A stretch of DNA of 35,478 bases from a virus: positions 1 to 35,478 of the IMG/VR virus record IMGVR_UViG_3300045988_136057; one strand, 5' to 3'. The notes under the pieces were generated by a model. The model saw only the letters and a list, made by a program, of their open reading frames with translations, did no database searches and was not told where the DNA came from. This document shows, piece after piece, positions 17,569 to 25,118 of this stretch. The first letter of the stretch is position 1; each line of letters opens with the position of its first letter. Both the position numbers and the translations under genes were made by a program.

Positions 17569-18341
17569 AGTTCACCTCTCAATGTTTCATTACATCGCTT
17601 TAGTATATCAAGAATCAACGGTATAGGAATGTTACTCCGCTCGTTGTACCCTCTCGTATTCTTCCATGAGATAGTACTTTTACTCCCTATCTGCTTTAGT
17701 CTTAAATCAATGTTGCTACTAAACCGTGTAGGCTTTTTATAATCAAAGCCATAATCACTATAATAGGTCAGATTCTCATAAGGTAAGTCGAATCCTATAA
17801 TGTCCTCGATATATTCCCATATCCTACCAAAGGCAGGATTTTCAATCACAAAGATTTTAGGATTGTACCTCTTAATAATCTGAATCGTGTTATAGATACA
17901 CATTTCACCGTTTATTCTAGTCCTAAATTGATTGTCATATTTATACTGATAACGCTCATAATCAGAATAAGGTCTTATGGTGAATTTACTAGGCTCTTTC
18001 ATCTTTCCGAATAACGACGTCATAGCGTGTTCTTCCTTTTTCCAGCAAGCATTACCTTGTCGCATAGAACTTGCAACACTCCATGATTCGCAGGGCGGAC
18101 TAGCTAGGATAATGTCCGGTGTAGGGAGTTCATCAAGTTGACCGTATAAAGCGGCCTCATTATACAAAGTATTGACCGATAAGTCTTGATTCAAAAAATC
18201 AGTACTTTTATTCTCTCTATCGATTCCAATCGATATTATCCTAAACTACCCCCCCACATTTTGAGTATTATACTCATTTACAGCTTGTTTATAGCAGCCG
18301 TTACCACTATCAAACAAGCCCCATATAATAGGCTCACTCAT
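17565..18341 (-). pseudogene. C5-cytosine DNA methyltransferase interrupted by a single in-frame TAG (18246..18248)
   Basis: The ATG at 18341 gives MSEPIIWGLFDSGNGCYKQAVNEYNTQNVGG (motif I-like LFDSGNG), then TAG. The same frame continues FRIISIGIDRENKSTDFLNQD...ILASPPCESWS (motif IV PC) ...FVIENP (motif VI ENV-like). A G7 tract sits immediately 5' of the TAG. Confidence 0.7.
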
Positions 18342-18349
18342 ACTTATTT

Positions 18350-18523
18350 CTATACCTCATCAATCAATATCGTGATAATCTTATCACTATCACTCACAAG
18401 GCTATGCTCTATATATAAGCCCTTAGCCTTGTATTCCTTGTCTTTAACGTCTTTGAACTGAATTACATCATCATGAGTTGCGTCTAAAATTTGACGCAAC
18501 TCTTTTGTCGTTAAGTGTTTCAT
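18350..18523 (-). CDS. Hypothetical 57-aa protein (below the ORF-track cutoff)
   Basis: Hand translation: MKHLTTKELRQILDATHDDVIQFKDVKDKEYKAKGLYIEHSLVSDSDKIITILIDEV. TAATG overlap with the dUTPase stop. Confidence 0.45.
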   Translation of the reverse strand: MKHLTTKELRQILDATHDDVIQFKDVKDKEYKAKGLYIEHSLVSDSDKIITILIDEV

Positions 18524-18975
18524 TAACTTCTGCCAGTACTACCGAATCCGCCAGTTCTTTTAGCTTTAAAATCCTCGGCGTCATTCTCAGTAAGGTCGTA
18601 CTTTGTGAATATACCTTGTACGATTCTATCACCATACGCTACCCGGTATGGCTTATCTCCCATATTGACAATAGGTATCATGATGTGTCCCTCGTTTTGA
18701 GGATTGTCAGCATAATCTGAGTCTATGATTCCTGTACCATGAATCAAGAACACCTTATTCTTAGTCGCTATGCTACTTCTCATATGCAAGGCAAGATACT
18801 CACCGTCCTTAACATAGCACTTCAATCCAGTAGGTACAAATGCAACTTGACCCGGCTCGATTGTCATCGTTTCAGCTGCCTCAATATCATAGCCAGCACT
18901 TCCCTCAGTTTTTCGTGTAGGAAGATTGACTCTCCCCATGTACTCTTGAATCGGTCTAAATCTATTCACGCTCAT
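18523..18975 (-). CDS. dut: dUTP diphosphatase (trimeric dUTPase)
   Basis: Motifs GSAGYDI, GIIDSDY and RTGGFGSTG are present in a 150-aa protein. Confidence 0.9.
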   Translation of the reverse strand: MSVNRFRPIQEYMGRVNLPTRKTEGSAGYDIEAAETMTIEPGQVAFVPTGLKCYVKDGEYLALHMRSSIATKNKVFLIHGTGIIDSDYADNPQNEGHIMIPIVNMGDKPYRVAYGDRIVQGIFTKYDLTENDAEDFKAKRTGGFGSTGRS

Positions 18976-19289
18976 CGATATAACCCCAGCTTTCTATTCT
19001 TCGCTTTTGTAATTTCTGCTAACTTGCGGCCGCACTTATGGCTGCAAGTCTTTTGTTTTGACGCAGGATTCTGTAAGTTGAAATCCTTAGCACATATCAA
19101 GCATTGTCTAATATGTAGCTTACGCTCTTGATTGAGCCTGCTCACCGGTTTCTTTTTCACCACTCGTTTCTTAGGCTCTTTATGTTTAAGACTTTTAGGG
19201 GCTTTGTATACGTCATTCATCGGTGTATCATTCCATATCGGTAAAGCCGCTATAAAGTTCGGTATCTTCGCTCTAAACACATCATTCAT
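18972..19289 (-). CDS. Small basic protein with C-terminal zinc-ribbon-like CxxC...CxxxC
   Basis: CLICAKDFNLQNPASKQKTCSHKCGRKLAE. ATGA overlap with dut. Confidence 0.5.
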   Translation of the reverse strand: MNDVFRAKIPNFIAALPIWNDTPMNDVYKAPKSLKHKEPKKRVVKKKPVSRLNQERKLHIRQCLICAKDFNLQNPASKQKTCSHKCGRKLAEITKAKNRKLGLYR

Positions 19290-19306
19290 AGGTTATAGTT
19301 CCTTTC

Positions 19307-19540
19307 CTAGCAATCCGTAATACTATCAACGTCCATTTCAACGCCATTGATGTATACAACGCTCACGCTATCGCAAGCGTTATATACGCCTGCACAGTCA
19401 ATCGTTAAGTATTGATTGACAGCTGACTTGATTGTTTTCGCTAACTCCTCAGCTGCCTTTCTATCTAATGCGTACACAGTAACGTCAATATCTAGCGTCC
19501 CGGTTAAGTTAATTGAGTACTCTCTCGGTTCCCTCGTCAT
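19307..19540 (-). CDS. Hypothetical protein
   Basis: 77-aa same-strand ORF in a densely packed operon. Confidence 0.45.
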   Translation of the reverse strand: MTREPREYSINLTGTLDIDVTVYALDRKAAEELAKTIKSAVNQYLTIDCAGVYNACDSVSVVYINGVEMDVDSITDC

Positions 19541-19781
19541 CAGCTTTCACCTCACTCCCTGGATATTCAATCTTAGCCATATGATTAAGCATTGTGATTT
19601 TAGCAGCCATAAACTCCGCAGGACTGCACTCCGCAGCTATAGCTTTGAGCAAGCCCTCAATAGCTTGTACTCCGAAGTTCAAAATCTGAATAATATCAGC
19701 ACCTTGTACCTCAATGTTTACATGATTGAAATCAGTACTAAGTTGAATATAATCGTGTTCTTTATTGATGTTGTTGTTCAT
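19509..19781 (-). CDS. Hypothetical protein
   Basis: 90-aa same-strand ORF with ATG start. Confidence 0.45.
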   Translation of the reverse strand: MNNNINKEHDYIQLSTDFNHVNIEVQGADIIQILNFGVQAIEGLLKAIAAECSPAEFMAAKITMLNHMAKIEYPGSEVKADDEGTERVLN

Positions 19782-19796
19782 TTTCTAACTCCTCTG

Positions 19797-20312
19797 TTAA
19801 TAATTACCATTCCTAAAATCAAGATAAGAGATAGAGGCGGGGCGTTTGATTTTGGTCTTAGCCCCAGCCTTTTTGCGTGGCCGTGTAGGCGTTCTCCTGG
19901 TGGTGTCGCACCGGCGAACATACACATCATTGACAATGTGAGAATCCTCAGCAGTGGTTATCTCAATCTCTACTCGTGGATTCTCTTTGTCAATACCTGC
20001 AATAGTTGAGCCGTCATAGCTTGCGATGTACACATCGTCAATAATCACTTTGGCGGCTTGCAATATATCAGAAGTAGCCTGCAATAGCCCTACTAAATCC
20101 GGCCAATTGGCTTTGTTAGGCAAAAAGTAGCGGCACCTAACATTTACAACACCTTTGATAGTAGCAATCCTTTGTTTATTCAACTGCATGAGAGCAACTT
20201 TCTCATACTTTTGATATGCTTTTGACGGTATCAATACAGGTTTATTGTGTATAAACGAGATTGTACTACTATTTTTCTTAGTGGCCGGACGGCCATGAAT
20301 GACTATCTTCAT
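19797..20312 (-). CDS. rusA: RusA-like Holliday junction resolvase with a basic C-terminal tail
   Basis: MKIVIHGRPATKKNS...PDLVGLLQATSDILQAAKVIIDDVYI resembles the RusA pattern (GxPxxKxR/N ... D.DN.. K...D.L... DD..I). Confidence 0.75.
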   Translation of the reverse strand: MKIVIHGRPATKKNSSTISFIHNKPVLIPSKAYQKYEKVALMQLNKQRIATIKGVVNVRCRYFLPNKANWPDLVGLLQATSDILQAAKVIIDDVYIASYDGSTIAGIDKENPRVEIEITTAEDSHIVNDVYVRRCDTTRRTPTRPRKKAGAKTKIKRPASISYLDFRNGNY

Positions 20313-20455
20313 ATTGCCTCGTATAATTCTAACTTAAATTTTCGATTCTATATCGATTTTAGCCCCGCCTTGCCCCCTCTAATATTCCTCACGACTAATC
20401 TATCCTAAAACTTTTTAAACGAGCTTGTATGGGCTAATTTTTAAATTTTCGATAT

Positions 20456-21190
20456 TTATCGATGTGATTGACCTTTCAGTACAATGTCCAGGTACTCACC
20501 TTTGAGCCTATCACTAACACGCATACTATAGTTGGCGTTTGTCCAATCACGACTATAGTTGGTCGTCATGATGATAGGTTTCATTCGATTATAGCGGTCG
20601 ATGATTATATCATCAACCTTAGCAGCAACCCATTCAGACTTACCATACTCGGCTCCGAAGTCATCGAGCAGCAATAAAGGCACGTTCCGAATCTTGTTCT
20701 CGTACGACATATACACGTCGCTCGGCCCTTTGGATAAGGTGAGCAGCGTATCAAGTAGGCTCGGCATACTTAACATATAGCAGCCTTTACCTTTCTTCAA
20801 CGCCTCTTTCAAGATACTGACAGCCATTGACGTTTTACCAGTACCTGCCGGGCCTCTTAGAATCAGCCCTAAGCCTCTTGATATGTTGTACTCGATATTG
20901 TCAGCGTATTCCTTGATTATCTTATAGGCTTTTTCGTTTTCCTTAGGGAATGTACCATGCTCCCTTAACCACTCAAACGACATATCATGATAGCGTCGAG
21001 GGATATTACAAAGACTATAAGTACTACTTGCGTCATTTTGAATCACGACTGGCTTTTCGTATGTAGGCGTATAAAACTCATACGCCTCAGATTCTTTCTG
21101 CCTCTTTGTCCCAGTCGACAACTTCGTCCGCATTTCTTCTATTCGCCTTTGAACTTCCTCCGGCGTATAGCCCAGTTCCACCTTTTCCAC
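20456..21190 (-). CDS. DnaC/IstB-like AAA+ helicase loader
   Basis: Walker A in LILRGPAGTGKTS and Walker B in LLLLDDFGAE. Start is uncertain: the GTG at 21190 overlaps the upstream gene by 104 nt, and an alternative ATG lies at 21133. Confidence 0.8.
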   Translation of the reverse strand: MEKVELGYTPEEVQRRIEEMRTKLSTGTKRQKESEAYEFYTPTYEKPVVIQNDASSTYSLCNIPRRYHDMSFEWLREHGTFPKENEKAYKIIKEYADNIEYNISRGLGLILRGPAGTGKTSMAVSILKEALKKGKGCYMLSMPSLLDTLLTLSKGPSDVYMSYENKIRNVPLLLLDDFGAEYGKSEWVAAKVDDIIIDRYNRMKPIIMTTNYSRDWTNANYSMRVSDRLKGEYLDIVLKGQSHR

Positions 21191-21959
21191 TCTTTCGATT
21201 CACTTCCTTTACAACCGTACTTTGAACTACTTTCTCCAAGTAACCTATGGTAGTACCACCGTAAGATTGAGTTGCCTCAATCCCATTAACAACAGCAGCC
21301 TCACCGTAGGACTCAATTAAGTCGTCTAGTCGTTCTTTAATGACAGGCGACATTACACCGATTTTACTCATGTATAAATTATAAATTTTTTTAATATCGT
21401 CATCACTTTTTTTATTCTCTAGTATATCTAAATTAGATGATTGGATATAAGATATACTTTCTTTTCTTTTCTTTTCTTTTCTTTGTGTACTTTTGTTAAC
21501 ATAAACCGGGGTTTCTGTAACATTAACTGGGGTTTCTGTATACAATAACTCCCCTTGAGCCGAGTTATTGTCAGCACGATGTATACAATAACTCGGTTCT
21601 ATAGAATTATTTTTTCTACGTTCCGTTATTTTTAGATAACGATTCTGAATACCGATTGATGTTAAAATTTTATACTTTTTAAACATTGTTAAAGAAAAGA
21701 AATCCACTTCACAGGACTTATTAATCACCTCTTTGATGTAATCGTTTGTCAGCATTGTATCAAACGCTATGAGCGATGTTTCATCGTCGGTGGCTTTCAT
21801 GTAATAGCCCTCTTCCTTATATATCGTTGATAGGATATATATGAGTACGGCTATTGACTGAGGCCCGCACGACATGATGATTTTTTTTACTTTAATATCG
21901 GATATAAATCCAACGTCTAAGGGGAAATAGTCAACCCCTCTCGATGTAGGCCTCGCCAT
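21087..21959 (-). CDS. Replisome organizer / replication initiator (DUF4373-like N-terminus, DnaD-like C-terminus)
   Basis: N-terminus RGVDYFPLDVGFISDIKVKKIIMSCGPQSIAVLIYILSTIYKEEGYYM resembles Lin1244/DUF4373. Followed by the DnaC-like loader. DNA repeats lie in the linker region. Confidence 0.7.
   Translation of the reverse strand: MARPTSRGVDYFPLDVGFISDIKVKKIIMSCGPQSIAVLIYILSTIYKEEGYYMKATDDETSLIAFDTMLTNDYIKEVINKSCEVDFFSLTMFKKYKILTSIGIQNRYLKITERRKNNSIEPSYCIHRADNNSAQGELLYTETPVNVTETPVYVNKSTQRKEKKRKESISYIQSSNLDILENKKSDDDIKKIYNLYMSKIGVMSPVIKERLDDLIESYGEAAVVNGIEATQSYGGTTIGYLEKVVQSTVVKEVNRKSGKGGTGLYAGGSSKANRRNADEVVDWDKEAERI
21461..21595. repeat. Candidate origin of replication: iterons and inverted repeats inside the organizer gene
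   Basis: (CTTTT)n tract at 21461..21485. aac(c/t)ggggtttctgta occurs twice with a 21-bp period (21504..21519 and 21525..21540). gtatacaataactc occurs twice (21538..21551, 21581..21594) plus an inverted copy cgagttattg (21561..21570). An AT-rich stretch flanks the repeats. Confidence 0.55.
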
Positions 21960-21968
21960 GAATCCCCC

Positions 21969-22229
21969 TTAACAATAAACGAATGTATCTCTATCCCTAT
22001 TACAAAACTTAAATATACCCTTTTGCAGCCCATAATCTACGATTGATTTAATATCATTCGCAGGAACGCCGGTCTTGCGTTCTGTGAGGACGAACCATAC
22101 AGGATTGTACCTTGCCTTGCCCTTATTCACCTCTAATTCATGACCGATAGCTGCTCTAATCAAGCCCCATTCTTTACCAAACTGAGCAAGCATAACCTTG
22201 TCAGCGTTATCATCGTAGTACTTAGTCAT
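21969..22229 (-). CDS. Hypothetical protein
   Basis: 86-aa ORF whose start overlaps the RecT stop. Confidence 0.5.
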   Translation of the reverse strand: MTKYYDDNADKVMLAQFGKEWGLIRAAIGHELEVNKGKARYNPVWFVLTERKTGVPANDIKSIVDYGLQKGIFKFCNRDRDTFVYC

Positions 22230-23130
22230 GGATAATCACCTCACCGGTATTAGCGTCAACGACCTCACCATTAACGATATAAGTATCGTTTGTTGTAGGT
22301 GGTTCAACAGGCTCGTCATTAGTTCCCCAGTTTTTAGGTTCACTTTCAACTTGCTCATCAATCTCGGCGTCAATCGTTTCGCCGTCGAATGTAGCGTCAA
22401 GTTCGCCGTCCTCGTTCATACGAATCACCGCCCCGTCATTACTGATAGCCTGTGTCATGTGTACGTCCTCAATGGACAACGGCCCGAACTTGCTCAACAA
22501 TCTTTTAAGTACTGTTTTCTCAGCCATGACATTAAAGTCAGCGACGCCCCACTTCTCGGTGCCGCCTTTATAGTTTTGACTGTACTTTTTAGCGTGTGCC
22601 TGTGCCTCTTCGATTGTCATGTATAGGTACTTCTCGAATCCGTTTTTTAGCTTAAAATACGCTAGGTATCCGATGACCTTATCTGATACTTTCTCACCAA
22701 ACTCAAATTGACCTAACAGGCGATTCTTTGTTTCAAGCTCGCCCTCGTAGACAGTCGCTGAGCCAATATCAACATACTTGTCAGTACGTTGAGCAAGTTG
22801 AATATAGCCCTTGTATCCTAACTGGAATGACGCCGCCCCTTTATAAGGCACGATGTAGGCAAAGCCTAGCGACTGGTTGATAGGCAGGTCAAGCATAGCT
22901 GCCTGTGCCGCCGCACCGATGACCGTCGCAGGGTCAGCTTTCATAAGATAGTTGCTGTTATTGGTTACTGCAATGATACTAGAAATGAATCCAGGGGCTT
23001 TTTTCCCTAGCATTTCCTCAAATTTCTTACGATATGCAGGGCTTTCCAACATACCTTTTAAGGTCTTATCTGCCTTAGCAGCTTTAACGCTTGTATTTTT
23101 AATTGTTAATCCTTTATTGATACTTGCCAT
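22222..23130 (-). CDS. recT: RecT-family single-strand annealing protein
   Basis: LGFAYIVPYKGAASFQLGYKGYIQLAQRT is typical of RecT. Paired with the upstream YqaJ-like exonuclease. Confidence 0.85.
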   Translation of the reverse strand: MASINKGLTIKNTSVKAAKADKTLKGMLESPAYRKKFEEMLGKKAPGFISSIIAVTNNSNYLMKADPATVIGAAAQAAMLDLPINQSLGFAYIVPYKGAASFQLGYKGYIQLAQRTDKYVDIGSATVYEGELETKNRLLGQFEFGEKVSDKVIGYLAYFKLKNGFEKYLYMTIEEAQAHAKKYSQNYKGGTEKWGVADFNVMAEKTVLKRLLSKFGPLSIEDVHMTQAISNDGAVIRMNEDGELDATFDGETIDAEIDEQVESEPKNWGTNDEPVEPPTTNDTYIVNGEVVDANTGEVIIHD

Positions 23131-23144
23131 GTTTACTTACCTCA

Positions 23145-24083
23145 CTATTTTCTAACAATCTTGAACGGTCTAGCAGCCGCTCCCATTTTAACGTACTCGG
23201 TATACATATCCGGGTGTTCTGTTGCGAATCTCTTAGAGTCAAAGGACTCACGAGGTTTACTACTCTTATATGTGATTTTCCAATCATTGAGTGTAGCAGA
23301 TTCATGTTCGCCCATTTCTAACTTGATAGCGTTCTCTAACTCAGAACGTCGGTCTTTCGCCTCTTGTTCATCAAGTTTTGCCTGCTCCCATGCTATGAGT
23401 GTTTTCTCAAAGCTACTATCTAAGGTCATAGACTCCCCATTTGATGTAGGGAACATTGATTTAATGGCGTTTGAGCAAGCGTCGGAGCCGTCGACTGCTG
23501 GCATGGTCTTTGTTTCGACTAGGTGCCAAAACTCACGCCCTACCTCAATGATAGCTTGAATCACTTTCTCGTCCCGTGGTATCTCTTTATAGACAAAGTT
23601 ATTACCACCGATAAGGACTGCTATCCACCAGCTGGCCTTTCCTGTAACGGCCATATAGTGTTGACATTGAACGTAGTAGTTGTTAGGGACTTTGTCATCG
23701 TCCCATTCGCCCTTTAAGAACGCATTAGCGGTTTTACATTCAAGGCCGCTATCAACCCCTACTATTTCACGGTCAATGTTAGCTAAGAGATATGGATACT
23801 CTTCAGACTGCAATGTAAAGTTATTATTTCTAACTTTCATACCAGTCCGACGCTCAAACTCTTTAGCTACGACGTCCTCTAAGACTGTCCCCCAGTACAT
23901 AGCCTCAGATTCTTTCTCATCGATTTTATCAGAGGTTTTGTCTAGCCATACGTCGATAGGACTAGCCCATTGACTAACACCTAGTACTGCGGCCATATCA
24001 GAGCCACCTAGCCCCATTTTACGAACTTTGAGCCAGTCCTTACGACTTGCTCCCTTGCTATCAAAGATTTTTTTGTAACTCAT
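23145..24083 (-). CDS. YqaJ-like viral recombinase exonuclease (lambda Exo-like PD-(D/E)XK)
   Basis: N-terminus RKMGLGGSDMAAVLGVSQWASPIDVWLDKT matches the YqaJ family. 312 aa, adjacent to recT. Confidence 0.85.
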   Translation of the reverse strand: MSYKKIFDSKGASRKDWLKVRKMGLGGSDMAAVLGVSQWASPIDVWLDKTSDKIDEKESEAMYWGTVLEDVVAKEFERRTGMKVRNNNFTLQSEEYPYLLANIDREIVGVDSGLECKTANAFLKGEWDDDKVPNNYYVQCQHYMAVTGKASWWIAVLIGGNNFVYKEIPRDEKVIQAIIEVGREFWHLVETKTMPAVDGSDACSNAIKSMFPTSNGESMTLDSSFEKTLIAWEQAKLDEQEAKDRRSELENAIKLEMGEHESATLNDWKITYKSSKPRESFDSKRFATEHPDMYTEYVKMGAAARPFKIVRK

Positions 24084-24096
24084 TCCTTAAACTCCT

Positions 24097-24192
24097 TTAC
24101 ATGAATACAATCAATAATACCAAGAATGTTATCACTACTGCCAAGAATGTAGCAAAAGACAATAGCAGCAGTATCAGCATAAACAGGCTCAT
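24097..24192 (-). CDS. Possible 31-aa fully hydrophobic peptide
   Basis: Hand translation: MSLFMLILLLLSFATFLAVVITFLVLLIVFM. Fills the gap between two genes. No clear RBS. Confidence 0.3.
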   Translation of the reverse strand: MSLFMLILLLLSFATFLAVVITFLVLLIVFM

Positions 24193-24196
24193 ACAA

Positions 24197-24379
24197 TCAC
24201 CATTCTATGAATGTACTGCCAGTACACCACCAGTAGCCAAGCATGAATAAGAATGTAAACGTAACAATCAACTGAAAGTTGAAAGTTAATGATTCAACAA
24301 GTTCCTTGCGTTTCTCGTTACGCTCAAAACGGATACTCTTTCTTATCTTATGGCGTTGTTTGTAGTCAACATATGTCAT
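24197..24379 (-). CDS. Small protein with basic N-terminus and C-terminal transmembrane helix
   Basis: 60 aa, ...FNFQLIVTFTFLFMLGYWWCTGSTFIEW. ATG start, same strand. Confidence 0.45.
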   Translation of the reverse strand: MTYVDYKQRHKIRKSIRFERNEKRKELVESLTFNFQLIVTFTFLFMLGYWWCTGSTFIEW

Positions 24380-24394
24380 GTTTATTCACCCCTC

Positions 24395-24580
24395 TTATAG
24401 CAACTCTTCGATACTAACCTCTAAATAGTTAGCTATCTTTTCAATGTTTTTGAGGCTAGGCTCATAATCACCTCGACGCCAGCCTGTGATACTTGACGTT
24501 GGAATGTTTAAGTCCTTGCACATACGATAAGGGGTTAAGCCCTTATCAAATAGAATCTCCTCTATCTTTTTGTACTTCAT
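24395..24580 (-). CDS. XRE-family HTH regulator (Cro-like)
   Basis: 61 aa. LTPYRMCKDLNIPTSSITGWRRGDYEPSLKNIEKIANYLEVSIEELL is a classic XRE HTH. RBS AAAGGGGGA. Operators lie upstream. Confidence 0.8.
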   Translation of the reverse strand: MKYKKIEEILFDKGLTPYRMCKDLNIPTSSITGWRRGDYEPSLKNIEKIANYLEVSIEELL

Positions 24581-24602
24581 CTATCCCCCTTTCTCGTGAG
24601 GT

Positions 24603-24620
24603 GGTACAGATTTCTGTACC
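24603..24620. promoter_or_regulatory. Operator O1: perfect 18-bp palindrome GGTACAGA-TT-TCTGTACC in the XRE gene leader
   Basis: Read directly. Lies between the predicted -10 element and the RBS. Confidence 0.6.
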
Positions 24621-24634
24621 TTATCGACAACTAT

Positions 24635-24664
24635 ATACTACCACAGATTTCTGTACCATGTAAA
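24635..24664 (-). promoter_or_regulatory. Promoter of the XRE/early-left operon, with operator O2 (24640..24657) in the spacer
   Basis: Minus strand TTTACA-N18-TAGTAT, with TGG just upstream of the -10. The spacer is the half-degenerate palindrome GGTACAGAAATCTGTGGT. Confidence 0.55.
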
Positions 24665-24693
24665 GCACTTTTTAAAAAATATTTTTTCATACG

Positions 24694-24727
24694 AAAAAAA
24701 GCCCTATCCACCTAAGCGGATAAGGCT
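24694..24727 (-). terminator. Intrinsic terminator T4
   Basis: Minus strand AGCCTTATCC-GCTTAGGT-GGATAGGGCT (one G-U pair) followed by TTTTTTT. Confidence 0.6.
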
Positions 24728-24733
24728 TTATAG

Positions 24734-24832
24734 ACACAAAAACGCCCCTACGTTCCAGGAGTGAATTGGAGTAGGGGCGTTCTTGCTGATTGCAACATTG
24801 GAGTTAGTGTAAGTACCCAGGAAAGTTACTAC
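24734..24832 (-). ncRNA. Candidate small RNA 2 (~100 nt; own extended -10 promoter and terminator T3)
   Basis: TGTTATAAT at 24839..24847 (minus strand). The 10-bp stem ACGCCCCTAC/GTAGGGGCGT (24742..24780) is followed by TTTTGTG. The transcript contains ACUCCAAU twice and CACUCCUGG. Confidence 0.4.
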
Positions 24833-24856
24833 ACAGTTATTATAACAGATTGAGTG

Positions 24857-24937
24857 AAATAAGAAAAGCCCCTCGGAGGATTTTGAGGGGCTTTTTCTCA
24901 TAATCAAAAGTTTAACCTATGATTAACGCAACATATG
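24857..24937 (-). ncRNA. Candidate small RNA 1 (~80 nt; own promoter and terminator T2)
   Basis: Minus strand TTGTAT-N17-TGATATAAT (-35 at 24966..24971, -10 at 24943..24948). Hairpin GCCCCTC-AAAATCCTCC-GAGGGGC (24868..24891) followed by TTTTCTTATTT. Confidence 0.45.
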
Positions 24938-25118
24938 ACTATATTATATCAAAATGATTGTCATGATACAACATCAGATATATATCAATGTCATTATCTT
25001 AAATCCTGTTGCGAAAATTGGGGCTATATGCTCGTTTTCATAATCTCGTGAGTGTTTATATTAAAGAGATATAAAAGTCGCCTCTGAGGGCTTATTTTGA
25101 GCGTCTTTTTATAGGCAT

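Noticed and set aside
18246-18248. Genome-wide TAG reassignment (stop-codon recoding) as the explanation for the in-frame amber in the methyltransferase
   Set aside because: I checked stop codons across the genome. TAG ends about 13 genes, including sheath 4867, portal 10967, Mu-F 9927, connector 7760 and exonuclease 23145. The next gene start or another stop follows each within a few codons, so TAG behaves as a normal terminator here.
18249-18255. G7 homopolymer acting as a slipped-strand phase-variation switch for the methyltransferase
   Set aside because: The upstream and downstream parts are already in the same frame. Adding or removing one G runs into TAG or TAA within two to four codons, so a change in tract length cannot restore the protein.
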